The notes beneath the pieces are model-generated. The model saw only the letters and a list, made by a program, of their open reading frames with translations, did no database searches and was not told where the DNA came from. Below, in pieces: positions 19,014 to 29,198 of a stretch of DNA of 46,070 nt. Numbering within the stretch: position 1 is the first letter of the stretch; the number at the start of each line of letters is the position of its first letter. The position numbers and the translations under genes were made by a program. Origin of the DNA: a bacterium (GTDB lineage: Bacteria; SZUA-182; DTGQ01; JAFGSM01); the NCBI GenBank assembly GCA_049472335.1, contig JBLIRO010000041.1:1-46070 (forward strand), in the 5' to 3' direction.

Positions 19014-20873
19014 ATGTATCAAAAAATAAGGTTATTAAAGAGTTTTAGCTTGAAATCTGAGTTAGATAATGTATTCAAAAAATTAAGTAATATTCGAGTA
19101 GGGACTTTCGATATAATTATATTAGCAGCTCTACTCTTAAGTATTATTTCCATTTTGACTTGCAATAGCAGAATTGAATCCTACGGATCAGATTCTTCTT
19201 ACTACATTGAACTTTCAGATTCTATCGCCCAAAAGGGCAAATATGAATTTAATTACATTCCTCATACAAAATATCCACCAGGCATACCGATCATATTATT
19301 TATTTCGTCATTAATATTTAATTCAAACTCATACACCACATTTATACGGTTAATAGGATTATTTGGTATTCTAGGAGTAGTAAGTTCATTTTTTTTTATT
19401 AGATATTATGATAAAAAATCTGCAGCAATAATTACTATTATTTTATTATCTTCTCCTTATTTTTTTAACCTCGCCACACGTCCTGTACTTTCCGACTTAC
19501 CCTATCTTTTCACAAGTTTTATGGTTTTAATTTGTTCCCTTCTAATTGATAAAAATTTTATAAATAGGAAAAGTGGAATATATTTCATCCTTTCCTTTTT
19601 TTTAGTGTTAAGCATTTTAATTCGTAGTGTTTCAGTTGCATTATTTTCAGGTCTTATTTTTTGGGTCATATTCAGTCTTTGTATATCTATCGAGCGGGGG
19701 AAAAAAAGACTAAAAACATTTTTACCATTTATTATTTTATGTTTTATTACACTATTATCTTGGAATCTATGGTCCATAAATAATAGAGTATATCATTATC
19801 AAGGTCAGTATATGGATTCTTATTTTGAGTCGTTTTTTCTTAAAAATCCTCATATACCAGATTTAGGAAAAGCCACAATAACAGACTTATTGTTAAGAAC
19901 CAAAAAAAATTTATCCCATATTTTTGCCGATATTTCCCGAATTATTATTCATTATGGATACATTTCAAATATCTATTATTCACCTTTAGTATTGTTACCT
20001 TTCTTATTTACTATATTTGGATTGATATCTAGCATAAGGAAAGAAGGGGGTGATTTAGCAGTATGGTATTTTATTTCATATCTGGCCATTTACTCAATTT
20101 GGCCTTTTAATGAAGGCCCAAGATTTATTTTGCCAATTTTTCCGTTGGCCGCTTTTTATTTTTATAGAGGAGTTAAAACAGCAAGTATAGAATATGGTAA
20201 AGAACCAGGAAAGTATAATATGTATCTCCTTAGTTTTGCCATTCTTGTTTTTGTATTATCTTTTATTGATATATATTTAAATTATCCTGACAGAGGTAAA
20301 CAAAGTCTCATTTCATGCTTCTTTTGGGCGACATGCATATGTTTTTTTCTCTTCAAACATCAATGGAATTTAGATAATTTATTAAAAATATCTAATAAAA
20401 TTTCACCAATCAGCTTAGAGAAAAAAAATCTATGGATCCTTTTAGCAGGTATTATAGTAATTTTTGGTTATATACAGCAATATTCTATCGCATATAAAAA
20501 TATTAATCCGGATCCGACAACCTTTAATCATTATAAATCCGTCGAAGCATCAAAATGGATAAAAAAGAATTTAAACTCAAACGAAATTATTATGGCAGGA
20601 CAATATGCTATAATTCACAGGATTACCAAAAATAAGACTATACCATTTCCTGTTACAGAAAATACCGAAGAAATTATTGATATCATTAAAGAAAAGAATG
20701 TTGATTATCTTGTTGTGCTTGATCCAACTAAGTATCCATATTTTTTACCTCAAGAAAAGGAAAGATTAGATAAAATTATAGACAAAAATGCAAAATTAAT
20801 TTCTTTTACACACAGAGAGAAAGGCTTTAGTATTTTTCGGATAATTAATTCCAAAGTTAAGAAAAAAGGATAA
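19014..20873 (+). CDS. GT-C fold membrane glycosyltransferase (ArnT/PMT_2/GT39-like)
   Basis: Many TM helices; DSSYYIELSDSI...KYPPGIP first-loop motif, LSDLPYLF, LIRS, PRFILPIFP, and periplasmic C-terminal domain (ASKWIKKN...VDYLVV). Confidence 0.8.
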   Translation: MYQKIRLLKSFSLKSELDNVFKKLSNIRVGTFDIIILAALLLSIISILTCNSRIESYGSDSSYYIELSDSIAQKGKYEFNYIPHTKYPPGIPIILFISSLIFNSNSYTTFIRLIGLFGILGVVSSFFFIRYYDKKSAAIITIILLSSPYFFNLATRPVLSDLPYLFTSFMVLICSLLIDKNFINRKSGIYFILSFFLVLSILIRSVSVALFSGLIFWVIFSLCISIERGKKRLKTFLPFIILCFITLLSWNLWSINNRVYHYQGQYMDSYFESFFLKNPHIPDLGKATITDLLLRTKKNLSHIFADISRIIIHYGYISNIYYSPLVLLPFLFTIFGLISSIRKEGGDLAVWYFISYLAIYSIWPFNEGPRFILPIFPLAAFYFYRGVKTASIEYGKEPGKYNMYLLSFAILVFVLSFIDIYLNYPDRGKQSLISCFFWATCICFFLFKHQWNLDNLLKISNKISPISLEKKNLWILLAGIIVIFGYIQQYSIAYKNINPDPTTFNHYKSVEASKWIKKNLNSNEIIMAGQYAIIHRITKNKTIPFPVTENTEEIIDIIKEKNVDYLVVLDPTKYPYFLPQEKERLDKIIDKNAKLISFTHREKGFSIFRIINSKVKKKG

Positions 20874-21075
20874 TTAATTTTTTCTTTGTGGGAAAGAAGT
20901 GCTATAGTTAAAGGAATCTTGCATGCCTTAATCCTTGCTCCCACTATCCCGTGGTGAACCATAAAATTTTCTTTCCTGGATAGAAGTATATGTAGAAGTT
21001 CCAAAGGATTAGAATCGAGGATTGATTTACCTGGATTTTATGTTTAAAGGTTGGAAAATGTATTTTAAGCGAAAC

Positions 21076-21162
21076 AAAAGGGGTCAGAGAATTTCTCTAC
21101 ACCCTTGACAGTAATTGGTAGCGGGGGGCGGATTTGAACCGCCTACCTTTGGATTATGAGCC
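21076..21162 (-). repeat. att-like direct repeat: 3' half of tRNA-fMet plus trailer/terminator
   Basis: 87-bp copy of 22712-22798 with 6 mismatches by hand count; starts just 5' of the anticodon loop and includes CCA and the downstream hairpin. Confidence 0.9.
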
Positions 21163-21313
21163 TGATTTTAAAGAAGAAACAGTATAATAAAGTATAAAGC
21201 AACATACAGATTGTCAAAAACAAACTTTCCTTCTTCAATTCGCTCCTACAGATTTTTAGTTTAATTGCATGGCCAAAACTATTTTTGATTCTACTTTTAA
21301 ATTATCTAAACAG

Positions 21314-21550
21314 TTAACTAAGATCTTTCAATCTTAACTGTAATTCCTCTGTAGACAACTTTTCGAGATCTTCTTTAGCCGATACTGGCATGCCCTTTTT
21401 CAATTGGGCTATCCTGATATCACCTATTAATTCACCCTTTATTAGCCCTTCAGCTCTACCCTCGGCTCTACCTTCAGCTATCCCCTCAGCTCTACCCTCA
21501 GCTATCCCTTCGGCTATCCCTTTTTTTATTAATTGTTCAGCTACGGTCAT
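21314..21550 (-). CDS. Candidate internally translated RpnS antitoxin (78 aa, in frame with Rpn)
   Basis: Minus strand ACAGGAGGTGTTGTTATGACC: a perfect Shine-Dalgarno 6 nt before the internal ATG of MTVAEQLIKKG. Confidence 0.7.
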   Translation of the reverse strand: MTVAEQLIKKGIAEGIAEGRAEGIAEGRAEGRAEGLIKGELIGDIRIAQLKKGMPVSAKEDLEKLSTEELQLRLKDLS

Positions 21551-22294
21551 AACAACACCTCCTGTCTCTTCTGATATTGCCTCCTCTATTATTTCCTTTA
21601 ATATTTCGGGGGTCGTGTCCTCCCTGGTACTCATTATATATCTTAAAAACATCTCTATATATTCCAGGCTGCTCTTATCTCCGGAGGAGAACTCCCCCAA
21701 TAATCCAAATAATCCCCTCAATTGTCCCGAGAATTCTTCATCAAAGATATGTTTAAAGAGCATAAGAAATACCTTTACTATCACCGCCCCTCTTATCTCT
21801 TCATCGCTGTATCTGGATAGATCATATAGTATATATGAAAAATCGGGCACATATCCTTTAACCCCTTCTTCCCTGATAAGGCCCATAAAACTCTCGCTTA
21901 TATCCCATCCTGCCCTGCCATGATATAATACCAATGGTATTATGGACGGAAGTAATACCAATTCAGGCTCCGCTTTCAATTCCTGCTCCCATATCTTCAC
22001 CATATAGCGAAGCAGCCTAAAGGCTATTAATCTGTATGGCTTGCTCTGATGTTCAAAAAGAAGGTAGATGTAACCCTTCCCACCCTTAAAACTAACCTGA
22101 TATAGTATGTCCGAATAGAACTGCTTTAACTCCTTTTCTACAAAGCTGTCTTTTCTTATTTCCAAAGAATCCACATCTATCAGCTTTGCAAGTCCCTCAG
22201 GCAAATGATTATGAAAGAAATCCTTTGCAATTTCCTCCCTGCTCATCATAGCCTTGAAGAGACTGTCATGGGGATTGGAAATCTTCTTTCTCAA
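21314..22294 (-). CDS. Rpn (YhgA-like) recombination-promoting nuclease / PD-(D/E)xK protein
   Basis: NPHDSLFK, SFVEKEL, SDILY, YLLFEHQS, RLLRYMVKIW, IIPLVLYHG, YDLS, C-terminal MTVAEQL and (I/R)AEG repeats; TTG start with GAGGAGG RBS. Confidence 0.93.
   Translation of the reverse strand: MRKKISNPHDSLFKAMMSREEIAKDFFHNHLPEGLAKLIDVDSLEIRKDSFVEKELKQFYSDILYQVSFKGGKGYIYLLFEHQSKPYRLIAFRLLRYMVKIWEQELKAEPELVLLPSIIPLVLYHGRAGWDISESFMGLIREEGVKGYVPDFSYILYDLSRYSDEEIRGAVIVKVFLMLFKHIFDEEFSGQLRGLFGLLGEFSSGDKSSLEYIEMFLRYIMSTREDTTPEILKEIIEEAISEETGGVVMTVAEQLIKKGIAEGIAEGRAEGIAEGRAEGRAEGLIKGELIGDIRIAQLKKGMPVSAKEDLEKLSTEELQLRLKDLS
21447..21518 (-). repeat. Six 12-bp tandem repeats encoding (I/R)AEG
   Basis: Units CCYTCRGCTMTM on the plus strand; protein KG-IAEG-IAEG-RAEG-IAEG-RAEG-RAEG. 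Confidence 0.9.
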
Positions 22295-22445
22295 TTACCC
22301 CTCCTCTGACAAATAAACCTCTATTAAATACAAGGTCTTTTTCTGTCTATCTAGGACATTTATAGCCTATACAACTATTTATAGTATATCCCACGAAGGA
22401 ATAATCTACAAGATAAAAGCAAAATAGAAAGGCAAAACAGCATTA

Positions 22446-22736
22446 TTGCTAAATATTGTCATGCTGAATCTTAAACAGCACTCAGGGAATATTCATTATT
22501 TTAGCTCAGAAATGGCACCAACAGAGCTAAAAATAAGACTTATGGGCTTTGAGGATATCGACCATAATCTTTGGAAAGGGTGTAAATTTTGGGAACGAGC
22601 GAACTCATTCAGCGATGTTATCAGGCCGGACACAATAAATATTATTGACTATCTTGAGCTTGATGATGCCTTTTATAAGGTTGCAGGCAACTTAAGAGAT
22701 ATATATAGCAAAAAAGGGATCAGAGAATTTCTCTAA
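22446..22736 (+). pseudogene. Fragment of a phage/MGE RecA-fold (DnaB-like) helicase
   Basis: IHYFSSEM (DnaB-like motif H1a) and NIIDYLE (Walker B-like); no Walker A and no RBS; the frame runs into the att repeat and stops there. Confidence 0.55.
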
Positions 22737-22742
22737 ACCCTT
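22710..22742 (-). terminator. Rho-independent terminator of tRNA-fMet
   Basis: Minus strand AAGGGTTTAGAGA-AAT-TCTCTGATCCCTT followed by a T run, 10 nt after CCA. Confidence 0.7.
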
Positions 22743-22751
22743 GGCTGTAAT

Positions 22752-22828
<77 letters not shown>

Positions 22829-22849
22829 TCACGTTCTTTTAGTTGAATA

Positions 22850-22879
22850 ATTATAATAGAAGGACTAAGTCATTGTCAA
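22850..22879 (-). promoter_or_regulatory. Sigma-70 promoter of the tRNA
   Basis: Minus strand TTGACA-N18-TATAAT, 22 nt upstream of the tRNA. Confidence 0.7.
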
Positions 22880-22936
22880 GCTGATGGATTTTTGCAGCTA
22901 TGACTGATAAGTTTATATAAATCTTGTGGGTGTCAG

Positions 22937-23911
22937 TCAGGCAAGACATCTGGCCGCATCCTTGGCAAAATAGGTGATTATGATATCTGCGCCTGCCCTG
23001 TGAATACTGGTTAGGGTCTCCATCATCACCTTTTTTTCGTCTATCCATCCCTTTTCACCGGCAGCCTTTATCATGGAGAATTCCCCGCTGACGTTATATG
23101 CCGCCACAGGATATCCCAACGCGGTCTTGACCTGCCAGATGATGTCAAGGTATGGGAGGGCAGGTTTTACCATAATGATGTCCGCCCCCTCCTGGATATC
23201 CAGTCTGCACTCTCTTAGTGCCTCTCTTGAGTTTGGAGGGTCCATCTGATAGCCTCTTCGGTCTCCGAACTGAGGAGCGGAGTCTGCCGCGTCCCGGAAA
23301 GGACCATAGAAAGAAGATGCGTACTTAGCAGCATAGGACATTATAGGAACATGAGCAAAACCATTTCTGTCAAGTGTCACTCTAATGGCCTGTACCCTGC
23401 CGTCCATCATATCGGAAGGGGCCACCATATCCGCGCCGGTCTGGCAGTGAGAGAGGGCGGATTTTGCTAAAAGCTCCAGGCTTGCATCGTTTTCCACCTC
23501 TCCTTTTTGGTTTAAAAGGCCGCAATGCCCGTGGCTCGTGTATTCGCACAGGCAGACATCGGTGATCACAATCATATCCGGGCAGTCTGCCTTTATTCCT
23601 CTTATTGCCTGCTGTACTACGCCATTTTGAGCGTATGCCTCACTCCCCTGTTCATCTTTTTGGGCAGGGAGACCGAAAAGGAGTATGGCGGGTATTCCCA
23701 AGGACCGCACATCCCGAACCTCTTGAACAAGGGTGTCAGGAGAAAAATGGAAGTTCCCGGGCATGGTAGATATCTCCCTTTTTATACCTTCACCATGCAT
23801 TACAAAGAGCGGATAGACCAACTGATCCACAGATATCCGGGTTTCCCGGACCATTCTCCTTAAATTTTCCTTTGCCCTCAATCTCCTGGGCCTGTAAAGC
23901 GGGAAATTCAT
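22937..23911 (-). CDS. hemB: Porphobilinogen synthase
   Basis: [58 protein letters not shown]. Confidence 0.98.
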   Translation of the reverse strand: MNFPLYRPRRLRAKENLRRMVRETRISVDQLVYPLFVMHGEGIKREISTMPGNFHFSPDTLVQEVRDVRSLGIPAILLFGLPAQKDEQGSEAYAQNGVVQQAIRGIKADCPDMIVITDVCLCEYTSHGHCGLLNQKGEVENDASLELLAKSALSHCQTGADMVAPSDMMDGRVQAIRVTLDRNGFAHVPIMSYAAKYASSFYGPFRDAADSAPQFGDRRGYQMDPPNSREALRECRLDIQEGADIIMVKPALPYLDIIWQVKTALGYPVAAYNVSGEFSMIKAAGEKGWIDEKKVMMETLTSIHRAGADIIITYFAKDAARCLA

Positions 23912-23953
23912 TATGTCCCCCTATGGGTAAAAAAATAATTACAGATGTTATAT

Positions 23954-25159
23954 TTATGGCAAATGGCTTTCTACAAGGCTCCTGCCTTTTATCTCCTCCT
24001 CTGTCAGAAAGCAGGCGGGATCTTCAGCCCAGGCATCTCCGTGTACGACCTCGGCCCTGATCCGGCATCCGGCGCAAAGATTTACATAGGTGCAGTCTCC
24101 GCAACGGCCTTTAAGGAAATCGGCCTTTTTACGCATCTTCTGCAGAATGGGATTGTCCGGGTCGCGCCATATCTCGCTGAACCTTCTTTCCCTGATATTT
24201 CCAAGAGTCACATGGCTCCAGAATTGACATGCATGAACATTTCCGAAGGGATCGATATTTGACATCTTGGTGCCTGCCGAGCATCCGCCATGCATATTTA
24301 AGAGTGTGGTTACCTCTTCGGCCCTCTCGGGTTCTGTCTCTTCAAGGTATTTTTTAATAAAGATACCGTCCGCGTGATTGTCCGTTGTCAGGATTTCGGT
24401 GTCTACTCCCCTTTTGCACCAGTCCTTTGCCTTTTCAATAAGCATACGCACCATTTCGCGCGTTTCATCAGGGGTGATATCATCGGATACCATCTCTTTT
24501 CCCCTGCCCGCATAGACCAGGTGATAAAGGCAGAAGCGGGGTATATTTTCCTTTTCGCAAACATCGAGTATCTCTGGAAGGTCTGCATAATTGTGACGAT
24601 TTACTGTAAATCGAATCCCGGACATGACTCCTGCCTGAAGAGAATTCCGGACACCTTCAAGCGCCTTTTTAAAAGCGCCGTCCATCTTGCGGAAATGGTC
24701 ATGGGTTTTTTCTGAACCATCGATGCTGATGCCCACATACCGGAACCCTGCATCTTTGATCTTTTTGGCCGTTTCTGGGGTAATCAGGGTGCCGTTAGAG
24801 GATATGACAGATCTGATCCCTTTTTGGGTGGCATAGGCGCCAAGCTCAAAAAGGTCATGTCTCAGCAATGGCTCTCCGCCGGAGAAGAGGAGGACCGGGA
24901 CCTGCATTTGCGCGAGGTCATCTATCATTGCCCTTGCCTCCTCTGTGGAGAGCTCGTTCTTATAGGTCCGGTCTTCTGCCTGGATATAGCAATGCAGACA
25001 CCGGAGATTACATCGATTTGTGGTGTTCCATACCACTAGGGGCCTGTCGTGAGACGAGAATTGAAGCAGCCGGGGTGAAGTCCCCTCTTCGCATTGGTCC
25101 TGTCTCATGGCCTCTGCCACAGTGGCAAGTCCACAGATAAGTTTAGTAAATCCAATCAT
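23954..25159 (-). CDS. ahbC: Radical SAM/SPASM 12,18-didecarboxysiroheme deacetylase (AhbC/NirJ1 type)
   Basis: MIGFTKLICG N-terminus, PLVVWNTTNRCNLRCLHC, LFSGGEPL, RFCLYHLVYAGRG, TTDNHADG, SPASM CxxC..C.GC, EDPAC; within the haem operon; ATG 25159 has a GGAG RBS. Confidence 0.85.
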   Translation of the reverse strand: MIGFTKLICGLATVAEAMRQDQCEEGTSPRLLQFSSHDRPLVVWNTTNRCNLRCLHCYIQAEDRTYKNELSTEEARAMIDDLAQMQVPVLLFSGGEPLLRHDLFELGAYATQKGIRSVISSNGTLITPETAKKIKDAGFRYVGISIDGSEKTHDHFRKMDGAFKKALEGVRNSLQAGVMSGIRFTVNRHNYADLPEILDVCEKENIPRFCLYHLVYAGRGKEMVSDDITPDETREMVRMLIEKAKDWCKRGVDTEILTTDNHADGIFIKKYLEETEPERAEEVTTLLNMHGGCSAGTKMSNIDPFGNVHACQFWSHVTLGNIRERRFSEIWRDPDNPILQKMRKKADFLKGRCGDCTYVNLCAGCRIRAEVVHGDAWAEDPACFLTEEEIKGRSLVESHLP

Positions 25160-25181
25160 TATTTTTTCTCCAAGGTTACTG

Positions 25182-25304
25182 GATCGTAAAAAAGTCATTT
25201 CGTCGTATCCGGGCCTTTTTTGAAGGCCCTAAAGCTCGCTTGGCTGCGCTAAGGGCCTTTAGTAAAAAATGCCAATGACTCCTTCAATGACTTTTTTTAT
25301 GATC
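25182..25304. repeat. MITE/REP-like element with ~18-bp terminal inverted repeats
   Basis: GATCGTAAAAAAGTCATT (25182-25199) and AATGACTTTTTTTATGATC (25286-25304); internal hairpin GGGCCTT..AAGGCCC. Confidence 0.55.
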
Positions 25305-25381
25305 TTATCAAGGTTAACTCAAAGCTATATAAGCCTATTTAGATATAATGTAACCGGGTTTTTGGGCAGTTACGATATATA

Positions 25382-26923
25382 TTACATGTTATTATAGTAG
25401 GCCAAAATGGCATTTACAAGATCGGGTATGGTAAACTTCCCGGGAACCACCTTTGAGGCAAAGCCTTTTTCCGCCAGTTTTTTCTCAGTGACAGGTCCTA
25501 TGCATGCCATGACAACTCCCTTTAATTCCTCCGGTTTAATCCTCCCTTCCAGGGCGGAGAAGAAGTTTGTCACTGTGGAAGAGCTAGTAAAGGTTATCAT
25601 GGAGATATCCCCGGCCTTGATGTAGCTAACCAGCTCGTCTGAATTAGCTTTCTCGTCAGGAAGGGTTTCATATACCGGGATGACATGAACATCCGCCCCT
25701 GACTCGGATAACTGTTGAGGAAGGACCTCTCTGGCCTGAGCCGCCCTTGGGATAAGGACCCGCTTGCCACTGATTCCGGTTGAGACCAGACCTTCTATAA
25801 CGCCCTCGGCCTTATAGTCATCAGGGATAAAATCCGGCAGAATGCAGCGCTTTTTAAGACCTTCGGCAGTAGCCGGGCCTATCGCCCCAACTCTTAAACC
25901 TGCAAGGGAACGTGTATCCAGATTCATCCGGTCCAGATACTCGAAAAAACATTCCACACCATTTACACTGGTAAAAATGGCCCAGTCATATCCAGCGAGG
26001 TCTTTGATCGCCTCCTCCAATTCAGGATTAGGATCTATCTTCTTGATCAAAATAGTGGGGTATTCAATCACCTCCGCCCCGTAGCGTTCAAGACTTTCAA
26101 CAAGCTGGCTTGCCTGAGCCCTGGAGCGTGTAACAACGATCTTTTTCCCGAAAAGGGACCTTTCCTCAAACCAGTTCAGGTGTTCCCTTAACCGGACGAC
26201 TTCCCCTATGATAATGATAGCAGGGGGCTTCAGACCGGCATCTTTCACCTTTTGTGGTATATCGGATAATGTTCCGACAAGTGTCTGTTGGCTGCTGAAG
26301 GTACCCCATCGGATGACGGCTGCCGGTGTATGAGGCTGGCGCCCATACTGAATAAGGGTACGGCTAATGAGAGGAAGGTTTTTAATACCCATAAGAAACA
26401 CGAGCGTTCCCGGGCCTGTTGCCAGCTCTTTCCAGGGTATGGTGGATTCTTCCTTGTCCGGTTTTTCATGCCCTGTAATAAACGCAACGGAAGTCGTGTA
26501 ATCCCGATGAGTAAGGGGTATCCCGGCGTATGCCGGAACCGCTATGGCGGAAGTAATACCGGGGATGATCTCAAAGGGAACCTGATTAGAAGCAAGATAT
26601 TCCGCCTCTTCGCCCCCCCTTCCGAAGATAAAAGGATCACCTCCTTTTAGGCGCACTACGGTCTTGCCGGATTTTGCATGCCTTACCAGGAGCTCATTTA
26701 TCTCATCCTGGGGGAGGGTATGTTTTGAAGACTCCTTGCCAACATAAATCTTCTCTGAGGATAAAGGCACATCTGAAAGCAGCCTCGGATTAGCCAAATG
26801 ATCGTATATTACGACTTCGGCCTTCCGGATGGCCTCAAGAGCTCTTATCGTAATCAATCCCGGATCTCCGGGGCCGGTTCCAACCAGATATACCTTTCCT
26901 CCATTATCCGAATTATTTGTCAT
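25382..26923 (-). CDS. cobA: Uroporphyrinogen-III C-methyltransferase / synthase fusion (CobA-HemD)
   Basis: VYLVGTGPGDPGLIT, VRLKGGDPFIFGRGGEE, GIPLTHR; C-terminal HemD half (IVVTRS..QA, FTSVNGV, FTSSSTV, CIGPVT). Confidence 0.95.
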   Translation of the reverse strand: MTNNSDNGGKVYLVGTGPGDPGLITIRALEAIRKAEVVIYDHLANPRLLSDVPLSSEKIYVGKESSKHTLPQDEINELLVRHAKSGKTVVRLKGGDPFIFGRGGEEAEYLASNQVPFEIIPGITSAIAVPAYAGIPLTHRDYTTSVAFITGHEKPDKEESTIPWKELATGPGTLVFLMGIKNLPLISRTLIQYGRQPHTPAAVIRWGTFSSQQTLVGTLSDIPQKVKDAGLKPPAIIIIGEVVRLREHLNWFEERSLFGKKIVVTRSRAQASQLVESLERYGAEVIEYPTILIKKIDPNPELEEAIKDLAGYDWAIFTSVNGVECFFEYLDRMNLDTRSLAGLRVGAIGPATAEGLKKRCILPDFIPDDYKAEGVIEGLVSTGISGKRVLIPRAAQAREVLPQQLSESGADVHVIPVYETLPDEKANSDELVSYIKAGDISMITFTSSSTVTNFFSALEGRIKPEELKGVVMACIGPVTEKKLAEKGFASKVVPGKFTIPDLVNAILAYYNNM

Positions 26924-27860
26924 TCAAATTAGTCTTAGATATAATCTCGTCAAGGACCTCTGCCGCACCTTCGGCCAGTAGTTGCTCAGCCAGACGAATC
27001 CCCAATTCCTTCGCATTTTTCTCCGTTCCGGATATCTTATCCCTTATCATCCTGACACCGTCCAGGCTGGCAACCATCCCTTCCAGAAGCAACTCGTTCC
27101 CCTGTATCCCGGCAAAACCTGCTATAGGAATCTGACAGCTCCCCCCGAGTCTGTTAAGAAACGCCCTCTCTGCCGCTATCGCCGTTGATGTATTTGGATC
27201 ATTTAAGGCCTGAACTAAAGCCTTTACGCGGCTGTCTTCCTCTCTCACCTCAATCCCCAATGCCCCCTGGCCTATCGCGGGCAAGCATATCTCGGCAGGA
27301 AGGTATTCTGTCACCTTATTATATAATCCAAGCCTGTTAAGTCCTGCCGCCGCAACAATGACCGCATCCAGGCCATCCGTTCCTTCGATACGCCTGAGGC
27401 GGGTTTCGACATTTCCCCGAATCTGAACAATCTGGAACCTGGGAAAATGGTGAAGGATCTGAGACTGCCTCCTGAGGCTGCTTGTTCCAACGACAGCATC
27501 ATCAGGAAGGTGTTTTAATATCCTTTCTTCTTTAGATACCAACACATCCCGGGGATCCTCTCTTGCTGTCACAGCGCCGATAATGAGGCCTTCGATCAGT
27601 TTGGTAGGAACATCCTTCATGCTATGGACCGCGAGATCGATTTCATTACGGATCAATGCCTCCTCTATCTCTTTGACGAAAAGCCCTTTTCCTCCAACCT
27701 TGGCCAGGGGCGAATCCAATATCTTGTCGCCCTTTGTATGAATGGTTACCAGTTCTATCTCACCTGTCCAGCCATTTTTTCTCAAGCTGTCTTTTACCCA
27801 TTGGGCCTGCCACATGGCCAGCTTGCTTCCCCTTGTCCCTATCTTTAGTGTATCTGTCAT
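26913..27860 (-). CDS. hemC: Hydroxymethylbilane synthase
   Basis: IGTRGSKLAMWQA, GKGLFVKEIE, AVHSMKDVP, GTSSLRR, RGNVETRL, LGGSCQIPI. Alternative start at 27881. Confidence 0.98.
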   Translation of the reverse strand: MTDTLKIGTRGSKLAMWQAQWVKDSLRKNGWTGEIELVTIHTKGDKILDSPLAKVGGKGLFVKEIEEALIRNEIDLAVHSMKDVPTKLIEGLIIGAVTAREDPRDVLVSKEERILKHLPDDAVVGTSSLRRQSQILHHFPRFQIVQIRGNVETRLRRIEGTDGLDAVIVAAAGLNRLGLYNKVTEYLPAEICLPAIGQGALGIEVREEDSRVKALVQALNDPNTSTAIAAERAFLNRLGGSCQIPIAGFAGIQGNELLLEGMVASLDGVRMIRDKISGTEKNAKELGIRLAEQLLAEGAAEVLDEIISKTNLNDK

Positions 27861-27912
27861 TGAATTTCCTGATCTCTCCATAAAACGCTAATATTAAATG
27901 ATTAGGCTCAAA

Positions 27913-29178
27913 TCACTCTTTAAGACCAAAAAGCTCTCTTGTGGCCTTAAGAAGTGCCTTTAACTCCTCAGGGTTGTCCGAGCTTTTAATCGTAGTAATG
28001 GGGTGGTGCAAAATCTTTTTTATTATCGCATTGGTCATGGCATCCAGGACTTGCCTCTGCCCGTTCTTCAAATGCGGAAGACGCGAAAGGGCTTTTTCTA
28101 CCTCCCCTTTTCTTATCTCTTCCATGGAGGTGTTCAACTGCGTTATGACCGGCACCGCCTCCATTAGTGCACACTCCTTTATGAATCTTTCCACCTCATG
28201 ATCTATGGCATCAGACGCTTTCCTGGCCTCTTTCTTCCTTTCTCTCAGATTTGCCTCAACGACCATCTGGAGATCATCTATGTCATAGAGATACACATTA
28301 TCACATTTGTTTGCCTCGGGGTCAATATCCCGGGGGACTGCTATATCGATCAGAAACATAGGACGGTTCTTGCGCCTGTGCAGCGCAGCCAGGATATCGG
28401 ATTTTCGCAGGATTATATGTGGCGCTCCGGTTGAAGTTATAATGATGTCGGCAGTATCGAGTATCTTCCGGACCTGATCGAATGGGACCGGCTCACCATC
28501 AAAAAGTTTTGCAAGCTCCCGGGCCTTTTCAATGGTCCTGTTTGCAACCAGAAGCGACTTGACTCCATTGCTTATCAGGTGTCGGGCAGCCAGCTCGCTC
28601 ATTTCACCTGCACCAATGAGCAATACAACCTTATCTGAGATATCGCCAAATATCTTTTTTGCCAGCTCCACTGCCGCAAAGCTTATGGATACCGCATTTT
28701 TGGAAATTCCGGTATCGGTCCTGACCTTTTTGGCTACCCTGAGAGCCTGGTTTAACAGATTACTCAGGATTGGGCCGACGGTGCCTGCTTCCTGGGCGCA
28801 TTGAAAGGCATCCTTAACCTGTCCAAGGATCTGGGGCTCACCGACTACCATTGATTCCAGGCTGGATGCAACACGAAAAAGATGCCTTACTGCTCCGATA
28901 TGCCGGTGGCTATAGAATCCCTGCGGGATGTCCTTATCTGTAAGATTATGAAATTTCAGAATAAAATTACGAATCTCGATATGTCCGGATCCATCCTTTT
29001 TAACAACGGCTATTACTTCTGTCCGGTTACAGGTTGATATTATAAGACATTCCTTGACGCCGGGAAGATCTCTGATGCCCATAAGCGCTTCGGGCAGTTG
29101 TTTATTCGAAAATGCCAACCGCTCCCTTATCTCAATGGGAGTTGTTTGATGGCTCACGCCTATAACGCAGATTTCCAT
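27913..29178 (-). CDS. hemA: Glutamyl-tRNA reductase
   Basis: STCNRTE, HLFRVASSLESMVVGEPQILGQVK, IGAGEM, NRT, DIAVPRDID. Confidence 0.98.
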   Translation of the reverse strand: MEICVIGVSHQTTPIEIRERLAFSNKQLPEALMGIRDLPGVKECLIISTCNRTEVIAVVKKDGSGHIEIRNFILKFHNLTDKDIPQGFYSHRHIGAVRHLFRVASSLESMVVGEPQILGQVKDAFQCAQEAGTVGPILSNLLNQALRVAKKVRTDTGISKNAVSISFAAVELAKKIFGDISDKVVLLIGAGEMSELAARHLISNGVKSLLVANRTIEKARELAKLFDGEPVPFDQVRKILDTADIIITSTGAPHIILRKSDILAALHRRKNRPMFLIDIAVPRDIDPEANKCDNVYLYDIDDLQMVVEANLRERKKEARKASDAIDHEVERFIKECALMEAVPVITQLNTSMEEIRKGEVEKALSRLPHLKNGQRQVLDAMTNAIIKKILHHPITTIKSSDNPEELKALLKATRELFGLKE

Positions 29179-29198
29179 GATTTTCTTTCTATTTTATT

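Noticed and set aside
21116..21162. Second tRNA-Met gene
   Set aside because: Only the 3' 47 nt are present, with stem mismatches and no D-arm or 5' acceptor strand; it is an att-type repeat.
21390..21923. 177-aa plus-strand ORF with PSAL/PSAI repeats
   Set aside because: Antisense shadow of the Rpn (I/R)AEG repeats.
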